Assembly: GCA_017499595.2 (NCBI GenBank)
Contig: CM038998.1
Coordinates: 3,658,001 to 3,722,000, forward strand
DNA: 64,000 nucleotides
From: Psilocybe cubensis
Taxonomy: Eukaryota
Direction: 5' to 3'
Position 1 is the first letter of the stretch. Each line of letters starts with the position of its first letter. Shown in pieces: positions 60,801 to 64,000 of this stretch. A program made the position numbers and the translations under genes. The notes beneath the pieces were generated by a model. It ran no database searches, was not told the DNA's origin, and saw nothing but the letters and a program-made list of their open reading frames with translations.

Positions 60801-61601
60801 CAGCTCAATAGCATGATCCCAAGGCTTTCTGTCTGGTAGCCTATCAAAAGATTCCTTTGAAAAAACACCTTTAAACTGATGATAGTGCTTAGGAACAGTT
60901 TCTTCAAAGGTTTTCTTAGGGGAATCAGCTTGCTGATGAGACTCTTCTGCTAATCTTCGAGACATAGTAGAAGTAGCATTAATAGACTGCTTCTGAGGAT
61001 GAAGGTATGAGATAAAAATTCTATCCTCAGGCTCAATCTCAGAATCAGAAGAATCTTCAATAGAATCTTCTTCTTCTTCATCAAATTGAGGGAGTTTCCT
61101 CCTTTTGACTGCAGCTATTCTCTGCCTCTTTCTTCTGGCTCTTTTGGCTTCCATTTGGCAGTCAGAGGGACATCTAATAAACTGGACATCCCCTGTCTTC
61201 CAATCAACATCTGGATTATGGTGCCAAAGCCAAGTATGTCCAATGATAGCAGATTTGTCTCCCAAGTCACAAACAGCAAAGGTGGCCCTTTCTGTATGGT
61301 TTTTGTGTACCATAATTAAGTCTACTTCCTCATGGATAGAGCCACTCTTGTTGAGAGTACCATCAATATTATAGACTGGAATGGCTCTAGGAAGTTTCCT
61401 TGTGTTGAGATTATGATACTTGACAAAACCAGAATGCAGAAAGAGGCCAGTAGCTCCAGAATCAAGCAAAGCATCAACAGATAACCTTTTCTCTGTGTCC
61501 ATTGTCTTTAAGATGACAGACAAATGGGTAGAGGTTTTAGGATTATGGTTGAGGATGTAGATCTTTTCAGGGAAGGTAGAAAGAGAGGAAGAAGAAGACA
61601 T
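57828..61601 (-). CDS. pol: Chromovirus F Pol (PR-RT-RNase H-INT-chromodomain), 1257 aa
   Basis: LLDSGA, YMDDILI, DSSDYATGAVL, HHD..GHPG..CDRC, DRGPQF, QTDGQTER, and chromodomain WEVEFIKDSR..YLVKWKNYPNEECTWEP. Confidence 0.96.
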   Translation of the reverse strand: MSSSSSLSTFPEKIYILNHNPKTSTHLSVILKTMDTEKRLSVDALLDSGATGLFLHSGFVKYHNLNTRKLPRAIPVYNIDGTLNKSGSIHEEVDLIMVHKNHTERATFAVCDLGDKSAIIGHTWLWHHNPDVDWKTGDVQFIRCPSDCQMEAKRARRKRQRIAAVKRRKLPQFDEEEEDSIEDSSDSEIEPEDRIFISYLHPQKQSINATSTMSRRLAEESHQQADSPKKTFEETVPKHYHQFKGVFSKESFDRLPDRKPWDHAIELKPGSEPYRSKIYPLSPNEQKELDAFLEENLKSGRIRPSKSPMASPVFFVKKKDGSLRLVQDYRKLNEMTIKNSYPLPLISDIITKLSKAKYFTKLDVRWGFNNVRIKKGDEWKAAFRTNRGLFEPLVMFFGLTNSPATFQTIMNDIFIELIDGNVVIVYMDDILIFTETLDHHREVVKQVLQILEQNKLYLKAEKCEFEKEKIEYLGLIISQGRIEMDPVKVEGVSKWPEPENVKDVQSFLGFVNFYRRFIEDFADIAKPLHELTKKGTVWRWSLRQQEAFDQLKKKVTSSPVLIFPDDNKPYKVKADSSDYATGAVLSQEGSDGKWHPVSFMSKSLSEVERNYEIHDKEMLAIIRALDEWRHYLEGTQHSFEIWTDHKNLEYFMVAQKLSRRQARWSLFLSRFDFTLYHRPGKRSLKPDALSRRPDHKKGENDNQNVVLLKPSYFKIQALKQGHATITGAENDLLKKIREAKEMDEKVVKAVQELKKSSTKKIEGQEWSEEQGLILYRGKVYVPKDKDLRRKIVELHHDAFIAGHPGKWKTIELVSRNYWWPGMSHFIAAYTRGCDRCNRTKTFPAKPLGLLIPTEIPSDVWQCISVDFIMGLSECQGYNAIMVVVDRLSKMIHIIPTTDEVTSEGTARLYRDYVWKHHGLPIKILCDRGPQFVLRFMKELNSILGIQTASSIAYHPQTDGQTERVNQEIEQYLRLFINHRQDDWVEWLALAEFSYNNRVQASTRQTPFMLNNGRHPRMGTEPLRDSKMDTVDTFVKNMEEARKEAESALRKAADDMAKFYNRHRGTLTQYKVGDLVWLDGKDLKTDRPSKKLDDKRYRPYKITKVISPNAYELKLPSTMKIHPVFNVVKLLPYHPDIVGRKPPSRPPPVIQGENPEWEVEFIKDSRLFRNKLQYLVKWKNYPNEECTWEPAEHLKNASKAIKDFHTKHPSAPRKISAVTFDRLSFTPIINFTEPPPLLKPSKLTHPCAHCGKCALERG

Positions 61602-61705
61602 GATTTCTGCACCAGAATCTGAAGACTGAGGATCAAGTTTGTCAATTTCATTTTCTAGTACATTAAATCTATTCTATTGGGACATGTCTTTCACCAATGG
61701 TGCTT

Positions 61706-62809
61706 CTAAAAATTTTTCTTTTCCTCATCTTTCTGCTCCTTGCCTTCCAAGATTAATTTTCCAAAGTAGTCAGCCAGTTCTTCATGGGTCATAGCATTGA
61801 TGTTAACTGATGACCTGCAGTTTACAGCCTTATGACCAGGCTTTCTGCACTTGAAGCAAACAATTGGCTTAACTGACTTCCATCCAGAGTCAACCTCCAT
61901 GGGAACTATATCTGGTTGCTTTGCCTGAGCACCAAAGGTCCTAGAGCTGCTATTGGAAAAGACTGGAGGATTTGGAGTAGGCTTAGGAACAGCCTTGGGA
62001 GTTGGGGCTTTAAGGAAGGGAGAAGAGGAGGAGGAGGAAAGAGACTTGGTAAAGGCCTCACTCTGTCTCCACTGCCTATCTAGCCTAGTACTCCATTTAA
62101 TCCATCCATCCAAGGTTTTGGGCATGTCAGGAACATAGTAGACTGCATTCCTGAGATTTTCATTTAGCCCAGCCTTGAATTGATCTACCAAAGCAGCATC
62201 ATTATACCCAGTATCTGAGATCAGAGCCCTGAAGCTAGCAACATACTCATCAGCAGTCTGTCTGCCTTGCTTGAGCATGTGCATTTTATGCTTAGCTGTG
62301 TTGGAGGGGTCTGGATCTGCAAACACTTCCCTAAATTCATAAACAAAGTCAGCCCAAAGACCTTCTTGGGACTGAGCATTGTCTATTACTTTAGTCTTCT
62401 CATATGCCCACTTCCCAGCAGTACCTCCTTTCATATGAGATAGAGCACAAATAACTTTCTGAAAGTCATCTGTAATCCCTTTCCCATAGAAATATAATTT
62501 AAGCTGACTGAGGAAGTTTTCTGCCTTTTCCATAGAACCATCAAATGGATCTGGAGGTGAGACTTTAATGGCAGAGTGTGAACAGGAAGGGGCAACATGA
62601 GGGGTAGGGAAAGAGTGAATATCTAGAGCAGCAGGTGGTGGTGGTGGTGGTGGTGATGGTGACTGACTGACTGGTTGCTGAGGGTATGGTGGAGTGGATA
62701 ATGACTGCTGCTGCTGTCTAAGAAAATTCAACTCTTGGGTAAGGAGCTGGACCTGATGCATGAGCTCTTCCACAGAAGGAGTGGTGGGAGGCAATTGGGA
62801 GGGGTCCAT
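61706..62809 (-). CDS. gag: Chromovirus F Gag, 367 aa
   Basis: PDPFDG, LKQGRQTADEY..F, PMEVD and CFKCRKPGHKAVNC knuckle. Confidence 0.95.
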   Translation of the reverse strand: MDPSQLPPTTPSVEELMHQVQLLTQELNFLRQQQQSLSTPPYPQQPVSQSPSPPPPPPPAALDIHSFPTPHVAPSCSHSAIKVSPPDPFDGSMEKAENFLSQLKLYFYGKGITDDFQKVICALSHMKGGTAGKWAYEKTKVIDNAQSQEGLWADFVYEFREVFADPDPSNTAKHKMHMLKQGRQTADEYVASFRALISDTGYNDAALVDQFKAGLNENLRNAVYYVPDMPKTLDGWIKWSTRLDRQWRQSEAFTKSLSSSSSSPFLKAPTPKAVPKPTPNPPVFSNSSSRTFGAQAKQPDIVPMEVDSGWKSVKPIVCFKCRKPGHKAVNCRSSVNINAMTHEELADYFGKLILEGKEQKDEEKKNF

Positions 62810-63306
62810 GTCTATGGGTAGGGGTAGGTAGACTCTCTGATGTGTGTGTGGGAGAAGCTATCTACTGAAAGTGCCCTTGAAACTATACTAAGTATTCTAA
62901 AAAAATATCTATCTACTGGATATCCAGTTGTCACACCACTCAGGGCTCTAAACCTAGGATCACAGGGTTGCTGGATATTTCCTAGACCACCAAAAACAGA
63001 ACACTAGTAGGACTGTGTCTGCCCCAATAGTTGGTATCCCTATCTACTAAGCTCACACACAGCACACAACAGAGAGTAGGAAAGATGATAAGCCAAAGGT
63101 CTTGAGGAAAGGTCTTGAGGAAAGGTTTTGAGGAGGATGTTGAAGATTGGTGGAGATGTAGAGATTGGTAAGAAGATTGGTGAAGAGGTTGATGAAGAGG
63201 TTGGTGGGTTGGAAGTGGAGGAAGAAGGTTGAGGTAATGGTGTTGAAGAGGTTGAAGAGGTGAAGAGTTTGGTGTTGAAAGAGAGATGGTGGAGTTGTCT
63301 TGAGAG

Positions 63307-63317
63307 AGCTTCAATCT
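63307..63317 (-). promoter_or_regulatory. Self-priming PBS AGATTGAAGCT
   Basis: Complementary to LTR 63483-63493, which begins 34 nt downstream of the start of TATAAATA (63520-63527, minus). Confidence 0.8.
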
Positions 63318-63319
63318 TC

Positions 63320-63768
63320 TGTCAGGGCAACACTATAATCAGTGTGACAAGGCCACCAACAAAGATTAAGCAAGAGAGAGAGAGAGAGAGCAGAGGGAGA
63401 GTAAGAGAGCAAGAGAGAATAAGAGAGTGAGAGAGATTCAATGGTTCTAAGAGATCACACCAATGATAGTGGATATCCTAAGAGATTGAAGCTGAAGCTA
63501 CAGCTACCTACAAGTCCAGTATTTATACTCTACAGCTATTCTAGAATATTCCCTACATTACATCATAAAGGAAGGTTAAAGAATAAAAGTGACATCATAT
63601 AGAAAAAGGATGAGTAAGACTAGGAATCATATAGAATTTACTAGAAAGAAGTGGAGCAAGAAGGCTGTGATGAAAGAAATAAACTATCTAATCAGATAAT
63701 TGATAAGATAATGAAAGGATAAGATAATTCTGTGAAGATAAAGAGGGGAAACTGGAGAAACCCTGACA
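63320..63768 (-). repeat. Chromovirus F 5' LTR
   Basis: Direct repeat of 57379-57827. Confidence 0.97.
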
Positions 63769-64000
63769 TGTACAGTACAAAAGGAATTTTGAGACTCGAG
63801 AATTATGGATCCATCAAGAACCATACATTGCAAATGTTCTCGATGAGTATAATCTTCTCAATTGCAGCACTGTTTCTACTCCAATCGACACTACCTATCC
63901 TTTTGGCTGTGACACCAACACATTTCTAGAAATTCCCAACATCAAATTTACTTTCCAACATCTCATTGGTTCTCTTTTATTCATTCAATGACACTTGCGG

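Larger units (their letters stand above)
57379..63768 (-). mobile_element. Ty3/gypsy chromovirus family F, full length and young
   Basis: 449-bp LTRs at 57379-57827 and 63320-63768 (3 differences seen), perfect TSD TGTAC, PPT AGAGAGGGGGTGA. Confidence 0.98.
48611..64000 (+). mobile_element. Ty1/copia family A, copy A2 (runs off the window and carries three nested insertions)
   Basis: 5' LTR 48611-50613 (split by the KH element), PBS 50614-50625, gag 50761-52053, and INT/RT remnants at 52054-52491, 55260-57378 and 63769-64000. Reverse-complement homologue of A1. Confidence 0.95.

Noticed and set aside
62982-63314. 110-aa ORF upstream of chromovirus gag
   Set aside because: Low-complexity pyrimidine-rich leader, non-ATG start overlapping the PBS, no recognisable domain.

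Overview
Eukaryotic, most likely Agaricomycete (basidiomycete) DNA, inferred from the TE families, the ~50-nt introns and the CpG-decay pattern. The 64 kb is almost entirely nested transposons, with no recognisable intact host gene and no rRNA, tRNA or CRISPR. It contains five Ty1/copia families (A twice, B, C as a triple self-nest, and degraded D and G), two Ty3/gypsy elements (degraded E and near-intact chromovirus F), a split DIRS/Ngaro-type tyrosine-recombinase retroelement, a P-element/THAP9-like transposase pseudogene next to a decayed multi-exon gene, and two copies of a long-arm foldback element. Highlights: (1) a 1.6-kb non-autonomous LTR element (48750-50338) encodes a KH-domain RNA-binding protein with a Gag-like PMEVD tail instead of gag-pol, and it carries the self-priming cis-signals of chromovirus F. 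(2) Chromovirus F has one CpG in 6.4 kb by manual scan yet keeps long open ORFs. (3) Swapped target-site duplications reveal an inversion of more than 42 kb between the two copia A copies. (4) The foldback elements have a 7-bp TSD, arms homogenised within each copy, and a flipped core. (5) Copia C has inserted twice, antisense, into its own copies, with an odd 1905-bp duplication. (6) Short frame-shifting introns are predicted at copia gag-protease junctions. All alignments and counts were done by eye and no database searches were run.
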